From positions 1,541 through 65,540 of the IMG/VR virus record IMGVR_UViG_3300037833_000033: a stretch of DNA of 64,000 nucleotides; one strand, 5' to 3'. This DNA comes from a virus. Position numbers and translations under genes: made by a program. Every line of letters starts with the position of its first letter. Positions within the stretch are counted from its first letter, which is position 1. Of this stretch, positions 47,144-56,500 are shown one piece after another. The notes below the pieces were generated by a model, which worked only from the letters and a program-made list of their open reading frames with translations, made no database searches and was not told the DNA's origin.

Positions 47144-47908
47144 ATGGAGACGTTTGGCGAACGGTTGGAATGGGCGCTAGCCCAGCGTGAGTGGAAGCAG
47201 TCACGGCTTGCACGGGAGCTAGGCGTCACGCGCACGGCAATCAGCCAGTGGGTGACTGGGAAGAGCGACCCGTCCTCCGCGAACCTGCGAGCGGCCGCGA
47301 GCGTGCTTGAGGTCAGCTCGGAATGGCTCGGCACAGGTCGAGGCGAACCTCGCCCAAGCGGTTCAGCGGCGAAAGTTCGGGATGTCGGCGACCTAGAACC
47401 AATGCCGCGGCAGCTCGGCATGGTGCGAGTGGACGGCAGGGTTCAGGCCGGTAGCTTCGTAGAGAAGCACATGCTCGATCCGCTGCCTGACGACTACGTG
47501 TCCGCGCCCAAGGATCCCGACTTTCCCTTCGCGCGCCAGATTGCCTTCCGGGTTGGCGGGGATTCGATGAATCGCGCCAGACCGAAGCCAATCATCGAAG
47601 GCGACGTGATCGTATGCGTTCTGTGGGAGGATCTCGGAATCGAGATCACAGATGGCATGAACGTCGTGGTTCAACGGGAGATGGACGGCGGCCACCTCGT
47701 TGAGCGATCTGTGAAAGAAGTCCGGGTCACGGAAGGGGGATACGAGTTCCTGCCGCGGTCTAGCAACTCCGCATATCAGCCGTTCCGGGTCGCCCATGAC
47801 CTCTCAGCCGATGACGGAAAGCAGGTCTTGGTACTGGCACTGGTGCGGTTTGTTTTTGATCACCAACCGCTGCCAGTGACGGTGAGGCGGCTGACGAAGG
47901 CGCAGTGA
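47144..47908 (+). CDS. cI: CI-like repressor (XRE HTH + S24 peptidase)
   Basis: QSRLARELGVTRTAISQWVTG; V.GDSM, SVKE. Confidence 0.9.
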   Translation: METFGERLEWALAQREWKQSRLARELGVTRTAISQWVTGKSDPSSANLRAAASVLEVSSEWLGTGRGEPRPSGSAAKVRDVGDLEPMPRQLGMVRVDGRVQAGSFVEKHMLDPLPDDYVSAPKDPDFPFARQIAFRVGGDSMNRARPKPIIEGDVIVCVLWEDLGIEITDGMNVVVQREMDGGHLVERSVKEVRVTEGGYEFLPRSSNSAYQPFRVAHDLSADDGKQVLVLALVRFVFDHQPLPVTVRRLTKAQ

Positions 47909-48036
47909 CCAGCAAGCCGCCCCGGGCGGCGAAGGGAGATCCGCCGCGTCATGTGGGCCGCTTTCCGTCTCTAGGCCACACGTCGGATTGACTCCCCTGC
48001 CGAGTTTCACAACCTTGGCGCTCAGACGACGGGGGG

Positions 48037-49413
48037 ATGTCGATGGAAGTTACCCTTGCTTTGGGGGCGGCTGCGGCGGTGCTGTTCGCGATCGCGGCTT
48101 ACTTTGTCATCCTTCTCATCCGGCAGCGGAAGGCTCATCGCGCAGAGCGGGTCGCATTCGATGCGAAGATCCAGAGCTTCGGCGAGCGCCTGAAACCTAT
48201 CACCAGCATGGATGAAGAGGTCGCGCGGCTTCAGGCCGAAATCCGGCAGCATCAGTCCAGCATTGAGGGGCTTCGCTCTTCCTACTACGAGAAGAAAGCC
48301 GTCTACGATCGTCTGATCAAAGAGGTCGCGATCTTCGATGAGAAGCTCGCGTTTGCCGAGATGGGGGTCTACGAACCTCACTTCGACTTTACAGACAGCG
48401 AGAAATACAAAGACGCAATCGCTGCCGTCCGTGAACAGCAGAAGCTCATGGTGTCGCTGAAGACGGCCGTCATCTGCACGGCGACCTGGGCGGTCGATGG
48501 CAGTGCCTCCAAAGGCCAAACCATGACCAACAGGAACATTCGCCTGACGCTCCGTGCCTTCAACAACGAATGCGAAGCCGCCATAGCCAACACACGCTGG
48601 AATAACGTTAACGCGATGGAGAAGCGCATCACCAATGCACAGGTGCAGATCGACAAGCTGAATGAGTCGAATCACATCTTCATCACGAACGACTACCTGA
48701 AGCTCAAGCTCAAGGAACTGTACCTCACGCACGAATACCGCGAGAAACTGAAAGCGGAACGCGAGGAGAAGGCTGAAGCCGCCCGGGCGGCGCGCGAGGA
48801 GCAGAAGTTCGTCCGCGACCTGGAGCGCGCTGAGGAAGAGGAGGCGCGCTATCAGCGCATGCTCGAAAAGGCAAAGGCGGCGGCTGCGAAGAGCGTTGGC
48901 GCTCAGCTCGAGGCTTACTCGGGTCAGGTGGCCCTACTCGAAAAGGAGCTAGAGGACGCCCACGCCAAGGTGCTCCGGGCACAGGCAATGGCGGAGAAGA
49001 CACGCTCTGGCTACGTCTACATTATCTCCAACGTGGGCTCGTTCGGGGACGAAGTGATCAAGATCGGGCTCACACGTCGCCTGGATCCTGCCGACCGCGT
49101 GCGGGAGCTCGGGGACGCCAGCGTCCCCTTCGTGTTCGATACCCATGCGATCATCTACAGCGACGACGCGCCGGCCCTGGAGAAGGCGCTCCACAATGCC
49201 TTTGAACCAACCCGCGTGAACGCTCGCAACTATCGCAAAGAGTTCTTCCGAGCGAAGATCGACGAGGTCGAAGCCGCTGTGAAGCGACTGGCGCCAGGTG
49301 CCCCGTTCTTCAAGGACATCGAGGCCCAGGAATATCGGGAGACCTTGGCGAAGCGGAATGCCACCTTGCTGGCGATGGAGGCTCGACCGGTCGCGTTTCC
49401 CGCGGCAATCTGA
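48037..49413 (+). CDS. DUF4041 / T5orf172 (GIY-YIG-like) membrane-anchored protein
   Basis: N-terminal TM, coiled coil, GYVYIISNVGSFG...KIGLTRRLDP..RV.EL.DASVPF.FD.HA. Confidence 0.88.
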   Translation: MSMEVTLALGAAAAVLFAIAAYFVILLIRQRKAHRAERVAFDAKIQSFGERLKPITSMDEEVARLQAEIRQHQSSIEGLRSSYYEKKAVYDRLIKEVAIFDEKLAFAEMGVYEPHFDFTDSEKYKDAIAAVREQQKLMVSLKTAVICTATWAVDGSASKGQTMTNRNIRLTLRAFNNECEAAIANTRWNNVNAMEKRITNAQVQIDKLNESNHIFITNDYLKLKLKELYLTHEYREKLKAEREEKAEAARAAREEQKFVRDLERAEEEEARYQRMLEKAKAAAAKSVGAQLEAYSGQVALLEKELEDAHAKVLRAQAMAEKTRSGYVYIISNVGSFGDEVIKIGLTRRLDPADRVRELGDASVPFVFDTHAIIYSDDAPALEKALHNAFEPTRVNARNYRKEFFRAKIDEVEAAVKRLAPGAPFFKDIEAQEYRETLAKRNATLLAMEARPVAFPAAI

Positions 49414-49460
49414 GCCCCTATACCGCTAACCCCACACTCCAAGAGCAGGAAACAGCACGT

Positions 49461-50054
49461 ATGATGAGGCTAGTGATCATACTGGCCGGCGCGACCCTCT
49501 TCCTCGCCGGGCCAGTCGCGGCTGACGGCCCATTCGGCGTCACAATGGGAAGCAATCCGCTAGACTACCCGACGTGTAAGGCGGCCGAGGGCGTGACAGG
49601 GGCATACGACTGCTCTGGTCTCCCACGGTCCCATCCAGATATGAGAGTGTACAATCTAATTTCATCGTCAGAAACTGGTGTTTGCCTGCTTCGCGGGTCG
49701 ACTGATATTCTAGAGACAAGCTCGTTTGGTAGTGAGTTGCGGATGAAAACTGAAGAGTTGAAGGATCAAGTATCTTCAGTTTACGGACCAAGTAATAAGT
49801 TCGACTTTATAATGCCAAGAAGCATATGGATCGACCCATCATACTGGATGATGGCCATCGTCAAGAATGATAGGCATTATGCTTATGCATGGAATAAGGA
49901 TTCTAAAGCTCGTCTCAAGGACAACATCAAGAACATCGTTCTTTCGGCGAAGGCTATAGATGCCACAAGGGGATACGTTCAAATCGAGTACGTCTTCGAA
50001 AACCACGCTAAGTGCCAGGAAGAGCATAAGAAGGCGCGTGCCAAGGCGTTTTGA
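49461..50054 (+). CDS. Secreted hypothetical protein (signal peptide)
   Basis: MRLVIILAGATLFLAGPVAA-DGPFG; low GC. Confidence 0.75.
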   Translation: MMRLVIILAGATLFLAGPVAADGPFGVTMGSNPLDYPTCKAAEGVTGAYDCSGLPRSHPDMRVYNLISSSETGVCLLRGSTDILETSSFGSELRMKTEELKDQVSSVYGPSNKFDFIMPRSIWIDPSYWMMAIVKNDRHYAYAWNKDSKARLKDNIKNIVLSAKAIDATRGYVQIEYVFENHAKCQEEHKKARAKAF

Positions 50055-50150
50055 CCCCGCACTCCAAGGGCAAGGGATGAGGTGAGAGAGATTTTGTAGC
50101 GCGCGTAGGGGATAGGCCGCGGCACGTGGCAGAGTGAAGGGCAAAAATCT

Positions 50151-51011
50151 GTGGCAGAGTATACCGTTCCCACGATCACCGATTTGCGGGCGAGTGAGGG
50201 GTACCAACATTATGTTTATCTCGATTGGACGTTTTCATCTATCTACGATGTAGAATTTAAGATTTATAGATTTGCCGAGGCTGAGCCTTCACATCTGGTC
50301 GGCTCGCTTTATGTGGGCGCATCTGCTGGGGCAACCTCGCATGTCTTCGGACATTCTGACTTTGAAAACACATCTGGAGACACGAAGGTCTATAGTTATT
50401 ACGTGGTTCCTATAGTCTTTGTTAAACCTCCTGGGACGCTTGCTGCAGCGCCTGCTGCCGGGACGATGAGCAACATCGATACGGGGTATGTTATGGCGGG
50501 CGGCAACGACGCCGATAACACCATATTCGGTGGGCCATCGGATAATACCGTCGTGGGGAATGATGGCAGCGACCGTCTTTTCGGCTTGGGTGACAGGGAC
50601 GTTCTGTATGGAGGGAAGGGCGCCGATCATCTCGACGGCGGCGAAGGCAACGATCGGCTGTCCGGCGACCAAGGCCACGATACGTTAATTGGCGGACCCG
50701 GCGCGGATCGCTTCGTCTACGGGCTCGAAGAGGAAGCCGGCAAAGATGCAGACGGCGATACCGTTTACTTCGTACGGAGCGAAGGCGACCTGATCGATCT
50801 CCGCTACGTGGATGCTACGCTGAAGACCAAGGACGGGAACAAGAGTTTCGAGTGGGTGGATGATGAGCACATCGGGGCCGCGTTCACAGGCGAGCCGGGC
50901 CAACTCCGCTACAAGGGACATGTTCTTGAAGCGGATCGAGACGGGGACGGCCGAGCAGATTTCTCGATCAGGATCATCGGCAAGCTCACTGCTGACGACG
51001 TGCTTCTGTAA
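50151..51011 (+). CDS. RTX Ca-binding repeat protein with serralysin-like C-terminus
   Basis: GGNDADNTIFGG, GNDGSDRLFG, GGEGNDRL, GD.IDL, DRDGDGRADF.I. Confidence 0.8.
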   Translation: MAEYTVPTITDLRASEGYQHYVYLDWTFSSIYDVEFKIYRFAEAEPSHLVGSLYVGASAGATSHVFGHSDFENTSGDTKVYSYYVVPIVFVKPPGTLAAAPAAGTMSNIDTGYVMAGGNDADNTIFGGPSDNTVVGNDGSDRLFGLGDRDVLYGGKGADHLDGGEGNDRLSGDQGHDTLIGGPGADRFVYGLEEEAGKDADGDTVYFVRSEGDLIDLRYVDATLKTKDGNKSFEWVDDEHIGAAFTGEPGQLRYKGHVLEADRDGDGRADFSIRIIGKLTADDVLL

Positions 51012-51042
51012 CCCCACACTCCAAGAGCAGGGGATGAGAGGC

Positions 51043-51567
51043 ATGCGCGGGATGTCGGCAGGAACACGGCTGGCGGCCGCTCTGCTCCTGGTCTGGCCGC
51101 TCTCGGTGGCAGCTCAACCGGGGCTGCCCGCATCAGGGGCGCGTGCCCTCATCGGCGAAGCCCTCAGGCAGCAAATGGGCCGGCAGGAGTACACCTTCGA
51201 CCTCCGGCTGAACTCGTGCACAGCCTCGTCCTGTGCAATCGCGCCCGATCAGAACGTGACGGGGGAGATTCGCAGCGACGAGCAGGGCATCAGGTCCGCG
51301 GCGGTCTCTCGCCGCCTCCTCAACCCGGGAGACGATCTGGGCCGAAACCGCTTTCTCGCGACCTGTAACGTGCTCATCGGTGCCCTTGCAGGAGGCATGA
51401 ACCTGGAACTGGGCCGGTTTGTCGAACGACTGCAAGAGGATGCTGCGGACAACAGCCGGCGCAGCGGTCGTGAAGGCACAAGCGAGCGTCGGGTCGGCCA
51501 AGCGCGCGTCGTGTTCACCGCACAGAAGAACCTGGAGCGCTGTGAAGTTTCGAGAGGCAGCCGTTAG
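51043..51567 (+). CDS. Secreted hypothetical protein
   Basis: Signal peptide RLAAALLLVWPLSVAA; RBS inside repeat copy. Confidence 0.65.
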   Translation: MRGMSAGTRLAAALLLVWPLSVAAQPGLPASGARALIGEALRQQMGRQEYTFDLRLNSCTASSCAIAPDQNVTGEIRSDEQGIRSAAVSRRLLNPGDDLGRNRFLATCNVLIGALAGGMNLELGRFVERLQEDAADNSRRSGREGTSERRVGQARVVFTAQKNLERCEVSRGSR

Positions 51568-51655
51568 GGTCGGCGGCAGACCTTGCCGGCCCGGCACAGA
51601 TGATCGGCACCGTGTTGTGCGGTAGGAAAGCGCTCCAAGAGCAGGGGATGAGGTG

Positions 51656-51826
51656 ATGAAGCCGACGACTTTCATCTTCCTTCACGCGGTCGGCGTTGCT
51701 GCTGGCGCAGCGGCGCTCTGGTGGTTCGTCTTTCCATCGAGCCTGGGCGAAGCGGTGGCCGACGCGGTTACAGCCGGAGCTGTCGCCAGCTACGTGGAGC
51801 TGGTCGCGATGCGTCGGGGGCTATAG
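51656..51826 (+). CDS. 56-aa two-TM membrane protein (not in ORF track)
   Basis: GAGGTG-ATG from repeat; MKPTTFIFLHAVGVAAGAAALWWFVFP... Confidence 0.55.
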   Translation: MKPTTFIFLHAVGVAAGAAALWWFVFPSSLGEAVADAVTAGAVASYVELVAMRRGL

Positions 51827-51848
51827 GTCGGGAGCAGGGGATGAGGTG

Positions 51849-52088
51849 ATGCCGCTCCCGATTGAAAGCATCGACGTCGGCAAGTGCTACCTAGCCGATC
51901 GGCGGCAACGCCCTCAGGTATGGCGCGTGGAGAGGATCTTTCCCGACGGGCGGCTGGACTACATGAATCGGCCAGTGGACCCTTCTCTGAAGCAGGTGTG
52001 GCGATCGGGTATGACCACGCTCGCCTTCTTCGCAGGGGTCGTTTCATGCGAGGTCCCCTGCGACTGGATCCCAGAAAACGACGGTTGA
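51849..52088 (+). CDS. 79-aa hypothetical protein
   Basis: GAGGTG-ATG from repeat; IDVGKCY...VWRV..I. Confidence 0.6.
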   Translation: MPLPIESIDVGKCYLADRRQRPQVWRVERIFPDGRLDYMNRPVDPSLKQVWRSGMTTLAFFAGVVSCEVPCDWIPENDG

Positions 52089-52159
52089 GCCCACCCGCAT
52101 GGTCTAGCTTTGGCCGCCGGCTCAACCTAAAGTCCGAGGATCCTGATTTGGGGGATCCG

Positions 52160-52315
52160 ATGGACACCCTTCACCTTCTCCTCGCACTGGCGACCGCTTT
52201 CCTCGCGCTCTTCGCGACGGTGGCCGGCGTCATGACCATCGTGTCCCGGTTCGCGAAGGCTCGGGAACGCGAGAGGCTCGCCGAGCTCATCGTGCAGGCC
52301 ACAGGCAGGGGGTGA
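52160..52315 (+). CDS. 51-aa single-pass membrane protein
   Basis: MDTLHLLLALATAFLALFATVAGVMTIVSRF. Confidence 0.5.
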   Translation: MDTLHLLLALATAFLALFATVAGVMTIVSRFAKARERERLAELIVQATGRG

Positions 52316-52455
52316 GGTGAGCCCTCCCCTGCGACTGGGCGCCGGAGGGAGGTGGGTGAGGTGGGACCGGGAGCGGCCTTCGTGACGCCGCCTTTTCGCC
52401 AGGGCTACTGTCCATTAAGGGGTAATGGAGAGGCTCGTGGAGAGCCGAGGGCAAG

Positions 52456-53331
52456 GTGATGAGTTGGCAGTCTGCGCATGAGGCACACGCTATCGAGCGT
52501 GTAGCCCTCACATTTCAGCTGGCAGAGATGGTGCCGTCTAAGCCGTGGGCATCTCTGCTAAAGGATGCAACGACTCGGCTCGTTCCGGAAGGGTTTCGCG
52601 TTGTAAACGAGGTGGAAATCGCGCCTCCTATGGTAGCCGCGGGCGGCCCTCAAAGGGGGGTTGCCCAATTCATGATCGGTCCAGGCGGCGTCGTTCTTGG
52701 ATCTGGAGCTGCGGCTGGTCCGACTGGGGTTTCGTTCCAGATGGTAGAAGGGGCCGAAATCCGAGAGGAAATTGGCGCTCACCAAAGCAGGTTTGTCTAC
52801 GCTACTACTCGATACGCAGGCTGGGACGTTTTCCGATCTCGAGTTGAAAACATAATATTCCCGTGGCTTAACTCAGTTCTTCCGATTGTAAATCTGCAGA
52901 TGATGAAACTGGAATATTGGGACCGTTTCGTGTTTGACGGACCGGCGCATGATGTCGATTACGGATCTTTGCTCAACAGCGCATCGGGCCATCTACCTAA
53001 ATTCGGGTTTGAGACAAAGGGCCTGTGGCATTCTCACGTTGGCTACTTCGCAGAACCAGGGCTGTCCTCCCGCCGGCTGATCAATCTGAACATCGACGCC
53101 TTCGACGTCTCCAGAAGCATAGGCGCTCCTTTGGAGGCACCGGAACAGCTGCGCTCTGTCGGCATTTATTCCATGGTACAGGATGACCAAGGCCATCGGT
53201 CGCTGGCGTCCGGTAGCGACACGGTCTCGTCATTGGAGGAGATGCACACTATATTGAAACTGCTGCTTGCGGACGTTATCACTCGGCAGGCGGCCGAACG
53301 AATCTCCCTCAACGCTGGAAATATGTCGTGA
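52456..53331 (+). CDS. TIGR04255-family protein
   Basis: HAIERV...TRYAGWD.F...LEYWDRF...NIDAFD...LEEMH..LK. Confidence 0.7.
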   Translation: MMSWQSAHEAHAIERVALTFQLAEMVPSKPWASLLKDATTRLVPEGFRVVNEVEIAPPMVAAGGPQRGVAQFMIGPGGVVLGSGAAAGPTGVSFQMVEGAEIREEIGAHQSRFVYATTRYAGWDVFRSRVENIIFPWLNSVLPIVNLQMMKLEYWDRFVFDGPAHDVDYGSLLNSASGHLPKFGFETKGLWHSHVGYFAEPGLSSRRLINLNIDAFDVSRSIGAPLEAPEQLRSVGIYSMVQDDQGHRSLASGSDTVSSLEEMHTILKLLLADVITRQAAERISLNAGNMS

Positions 53332-53888
53332 TTGCAACCTCTTCGCCAGCAATGCACTTGGCAGCCTATTTGGCGTCTGCCGAGCTTCTGGCATCGACAA
53401 GCGCGACGACAACGCGAGCCTCGATCATAGATCAAGAGCTCGTCCAGCGTTCATATGTCGGCTCTCCTAGATGGGAAGGTGGCAGCAATGGCCTTGGATC
53501 CTTCAGGATTGTTCAGACGGCCATGTCCGACCGAGCCCCGATAATTATCGGAGCTGAAAGAGCCGAAGATCCAGCCGTTGCGGAGCTTAACAGTCTTTTG
53601 GAGCTTGGTGCTGGATGGGACGGCGAGGATGCCGCTCCTCCACATAAAGCTGCCATTCAAGATGCGATCCATTTCTTGTATGCCGCCGGATCACTAGCGA
53701 CGAACTTGTCGCCAACCTTGCATGTGGACGGTTCGGTGCTCCTTGAGCTAGACGATGGATCAGCCGGGTCTCTCCGCTTTCGCGGCAATGGAACTATCGG
53801 GTATGCGGTACGCGGTATTGGGTTCGGTTCGGTCCCGTTTGATGGGGCGACGATCCCCCCTGAACTCAGGCACGCACTCGAAGCCTAG
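53328..53888 (+). CDS. Hypothetical protein, antitoxin-like middle gene
   Basis: GTGA overlap; L..L..GWDGEDA.PP...P...DGS.LLE motif after low-complexity N-terminus. Confidence 0.65.
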   Translation: MIATSSPAMHLAAYLASAELLASTSATTTRASIIDQELVQRSYVGSPRWEGGSNGLGSFRIVQTAMSDRAPIIIGAERAEDPAVAELNSLLELGAGWDGEDAAPPHKAAIQDAIHFLYAAGSLATNLSPTLHVDGSVLLELDDGSAGSLRFRGNGTIGYAVRGIGFGSVPFDGATIPPELRHALEA

Positions 53889-53890
53889 TC

Positions 53891-54511
53891 GTGACTGAAC
53901 AGGATGTTATGTGCGAGCATTGCCGCGAAAGCATTGCCGCGATTGAGCACGCAAACCCAGGTTTTCGTGCCAATGATCTTGACCAAGCAGAGCCTTTGTG
54001 TCGGTGTCAGCATGTCTCCGTTAGCGAGTACTCCTCTGGTCCCGTGAAGGATACGGAGGTTTTAGTTCGTGTTCTAGTCGCGCCCCAGCACATGACTGGC
54101 AAACGCCAACCTCGCGCTGCTGCGCTCACTGATGCAGAGCGAAACGGCCTTTCTCTCCTGCGTGAGCATGAGGCAACGGACGAAGACATACGGAAAGTTG
54201 CGGAAGGTCTAGTTGCTCGTGCGCGCAACCACCACGGTAATAAGGCAGGTGTTTTTGGAGTCCTTCGCATACATTGTGGCACAGTTCGAAACTGCGTGCC
54301 TGAATGCGATGATGCGCCCTGCTATTGTGTCTACGATACGGCCCTTTCTGAACTTAGGCCGCATACCGAGACTTTTCAGCGGGTCGCTGGAGTTGAAGAT
54401 GGCATACGCGAGCTCCGCCGCGCTACATTATTCTCGGTGTTGAAAACGAGTTTTGTAAGTGTCGGCGAGTTCCGAGGCGGCTTGCTGTTAGATCTGGCTC
54501 CTCAGCAATAG
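53891..54511 (+). CDS. Putative ART-fold-like toxin
   Basis: LVR...H...GLSLLR...VYDT...H pattern; third gene of tight operon. Confidence 0.55.
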   Translation: MTEQDVMCEHCRESIAAIEHANPGFRANDLDQAEPLCRCQHVSVSEYSSGPVKDTEVLVRVLVAPQHMTGKRQPRAAALTDAERNGLSLLREHEATDEDIRKVAEGLVARARNHHGNKAGVFGVLRIHCGTVRNCVPECDDAPCYCVYDTALSELRPHTETFQRVAGVEDGIRELRRATLFSVLKTSFVSVGEFRGGLLLDLAPQQ

Positions 54512-54824
54512 ACGCCAATTGGAGTTATTCCTCAGTCTTGTCCCGCATATATCTTGCAACTTCTTTCTCATGTTCAGTCGGTGCGAAAGGGAGGCGCTCA
54601 CCTTCTCCCAAGCCCCCTCCCCACTCGGTCTCTAATGCGTACCTGCCAGAGACCTCTTCAGCTTTACGGAAGGAGCGCCGTTAGCTCGGCCGCCAGGAAC
54701 CCGCCCGCCCTTCAGGCGTTCACCTGGTTCTTCATCGACACTCCTTCTCAGAACGGCTCCTGGCGTACTTCAGGGGCCGTTTCTGCTATGAGAGCCGAGC
54801 ACATGAGCCCTCGAGGAAGTCGCC

Positions 54825-54929
54825 ATGAGGAACGGCTGGACGTGGGGGGACGTGGCCCAGCTCGTGGTAACGATTGTCTTCGCCTTGGCGTTTGTTTCAG
54901 CCATCCTCTTCTGGCCGGAGATGGAGTGA
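54825..54929 (+). CDS. 34-aa single-pass membrane microprotein (not in ORF track)
   Basis: GAGGA RBS; MRNGWTWGDVAQLVVTIVFALAFVSAILFWPEME. Confidence 0.45.
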   Translation: MRNGWTWGDVAQLVVTIVFALAFVSAILFWPEME

Positions 54930-54966
54930 GGATGCCGACCTGCGGCTGCCCTCCCCAGCATCTCCA

Positions 54967-55310
54967 TCACCGCCCAGGCCCTGAGAGAGTGCGAGGGTCG
55001 TCAGGATCCCGCACGATCCCCCGCGGATACCGCGCATTGTGCTCGAGGAGCCGTTCGTAAGCCTCAACCACACGCCGGCCGGCGGCGCCTCGGCTGTCCT
55101 CGTGTCCGTGGATGTCGAAGGGCACCTTCCCCGTGGTGCTGTGAGCGAACATCGACCAATGCCAGCGGCCCACGTTCGCGCTGTGGTGCTCGATGCAGGC
55201 CCGGCCGATGCTCTCCCCTGTCGCCTCGTCGAAGGCGATGAAGTCCTGATCGGGGGCGAGTTCCGGGTGCACCTCGTGATGAGGGCGCCAGTAGACGGCG
55301 ACGGCCTCAG
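54967..55310 (-). CDS. Hypothetical protein (start approximate)
   Basis: WRPHH...DF.A.D...IGR...W.WSM; last gene of leftward operon. Confidence 0.5.
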
Positions 55311-55543
55311 AACCCGTCCTGGCTCGGGACATCGCCGTGCTCGGCCAGGATGATCGGATCGTCAAAGACGCCCGTGTCCATGTCGCCGATGCGCTTGAAG
55401 GCGATGGCACCGGCTTTCGTGGTGGCGAGCGTCTGTGCCATGCGCACGGCGGCCGCCTCGGACGTGGCGATGCGCGGTTGCTCGGCCGCGAGGCCCCTGC
55501 CCTTCTTCACGAAGGTCTGAACGCCGTAATAGGTTGTGGTCAT
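55307..55543 (-). CDS. Small conserved alphaproteobacterial protein, paralogue 1
   Basis: YYGVQTF...GAIAF.R.GD...G.F..P..LA..G..P. Confidence 0.7.
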   Translation of the reverse strand: MTTTYYGVQTFVKKGRGLAAEQPRIATSEAAAVRMAQTLATTKAGAIAFKRIGDMDTGVFDDPIILAEHGDVPSQDGF

Positions 55544-55566
55544 GGTGGGGATCCTTTGGGGCAGGG

Positions 55567-55827
55567 CTACCAGGTAGCGAACTCGTCGTTCTCAGGCGGA
55601 GGCGTGCCGTATTCGGCCAGGACTGTCGGCTCCTCGAACTCGCCCAGCTGTGTGTCGCCCGTGCGGGAGAAGGCGATCACGTAGGTGCGCATGGTGGCGA
55701 GGACGGCGGCGCGGGCTTGGACCACGCCCGCCGTCTGGCCGGACCAGGGCTCGTCGGCGATCCAGCCTTCCTCCGTCCGCTGGTAGGCTTGGACGACGTG
55801 ATAGGTGAGGCGGTCGTGGTCAGCCAT
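55567..55827 (-). CDS. Small conserved alphaproteobacterial protein, paralogue 2
   Basis: YHVVQAY...VIAFSRTGD...GEF..P..LA..G..P. Confidence 0.7.
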   Translation of the reverse strand: MADHDRLTYHVVQAYQRTEEGWIADEPWSGQTAGVVQARAAVLATMRTYVIAFSRTGDTQLGEFEEPTVLAEYGTPPPENDEFATW

Positions 55828-55837
55828 GGCGAGCTCC

Positions 55838-56173
55838 TCATTCGGCAAAGAGCCGCCGCGGCGGGAGTGGCAGCTTGTCGGCCACCTTCGAAGACGTAGC
55901 GCCGTCCTCTCCCGCCACCCTGAACCCCGCGATCGCCTCCGGCCTCACGCCAGCGAACTCTGCGAACGCCACAACTCTCGCATCCTCGTCGAGGATGTAA
56001 TCGAGCAACGCTTCCTGGAAGGCCGGCGACTCTGCCTCCTCGCGTAGGCTCGTCAGATCGTGCCCGGTCACGCCGACGAAGTGGCTGAAGCGGTCGTCAT
56101 CGGCGGCGAGGAAGCTCAGCATGGTTGCGGTGAGCTCCACGCCGCGGGGCAGGCCTGTTGTCTCTTTCAGCAT
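55838..56173 (-). CDS. DUF3572-family protein
   Basis: LSFLA.D..RF..F...TG.....LR..A..P.F...LLD..L.ED..V.AF. Confidence 0.75.
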   Translation of the reverse strand: MLKETTGLPRGVELTATMLSFLAADDDRFSHFVGVTGHDLTSLREEAESPAFQEALLDYILDEDARVVAFAEFAGVRPEAIAGFRVAGEDGATSSKVADKLPLPPRRLFAE

Positions 56174-56188
56174 GTTGGATTTCCAAGC

Positions 56189-56479
56189 TTACGCAACGTC
56201 GCTTGCCTCTGACGCAGTCGGAACGTACTCGACCTCTCCGACCACGATTGCCGCTTCACACCCACACCGCTCGCAAGCGTATTCGATTTGGCCCAATGCG
56301 CCACTTTCATAGAAATCCGTTGCGGTGGCGGGATCGTCGACTTCGTCGAACAATCTTATTGTTAGTTCCTCGACGTGGGAGCAGTCCGCGCACCGAAGAT
56401 GTAGCCGGAAATTACGCTCCTGAACTAAACCGAGGGCAGCAAATCCACGGGTAGCGGTAGGAGGGAGAAGGACGGCCAT
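56189..56479 (-). CDS. Small Zn-binding protein
   Basis: CADC...CERC. Confidence 0.65.
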   Translation of the reverse strand: MAVLLPPTATRGFAALGLVQERNFRLHLRCADCSHVEELTIRLFDEVDDPATATDFYESGALGQIEYACERCGCEAAIVVGEVEYVPTASEASDVA

Positions 56480-56500
56480 GACGGGCTCCGGCTGTGGGAT

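Larger units (their letters stand above)
49427..52320 (+). repeat. Degenerate intergenic direct repeat, consensus TAACCCCACACTCCAAGAGCAGGGGATGAGGTGA (copies at 49427, 50052, 51009, 51633, 51832, 52305)
   Basis: Read directly; copies sit at gene junctions. Confidence 0.85.
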
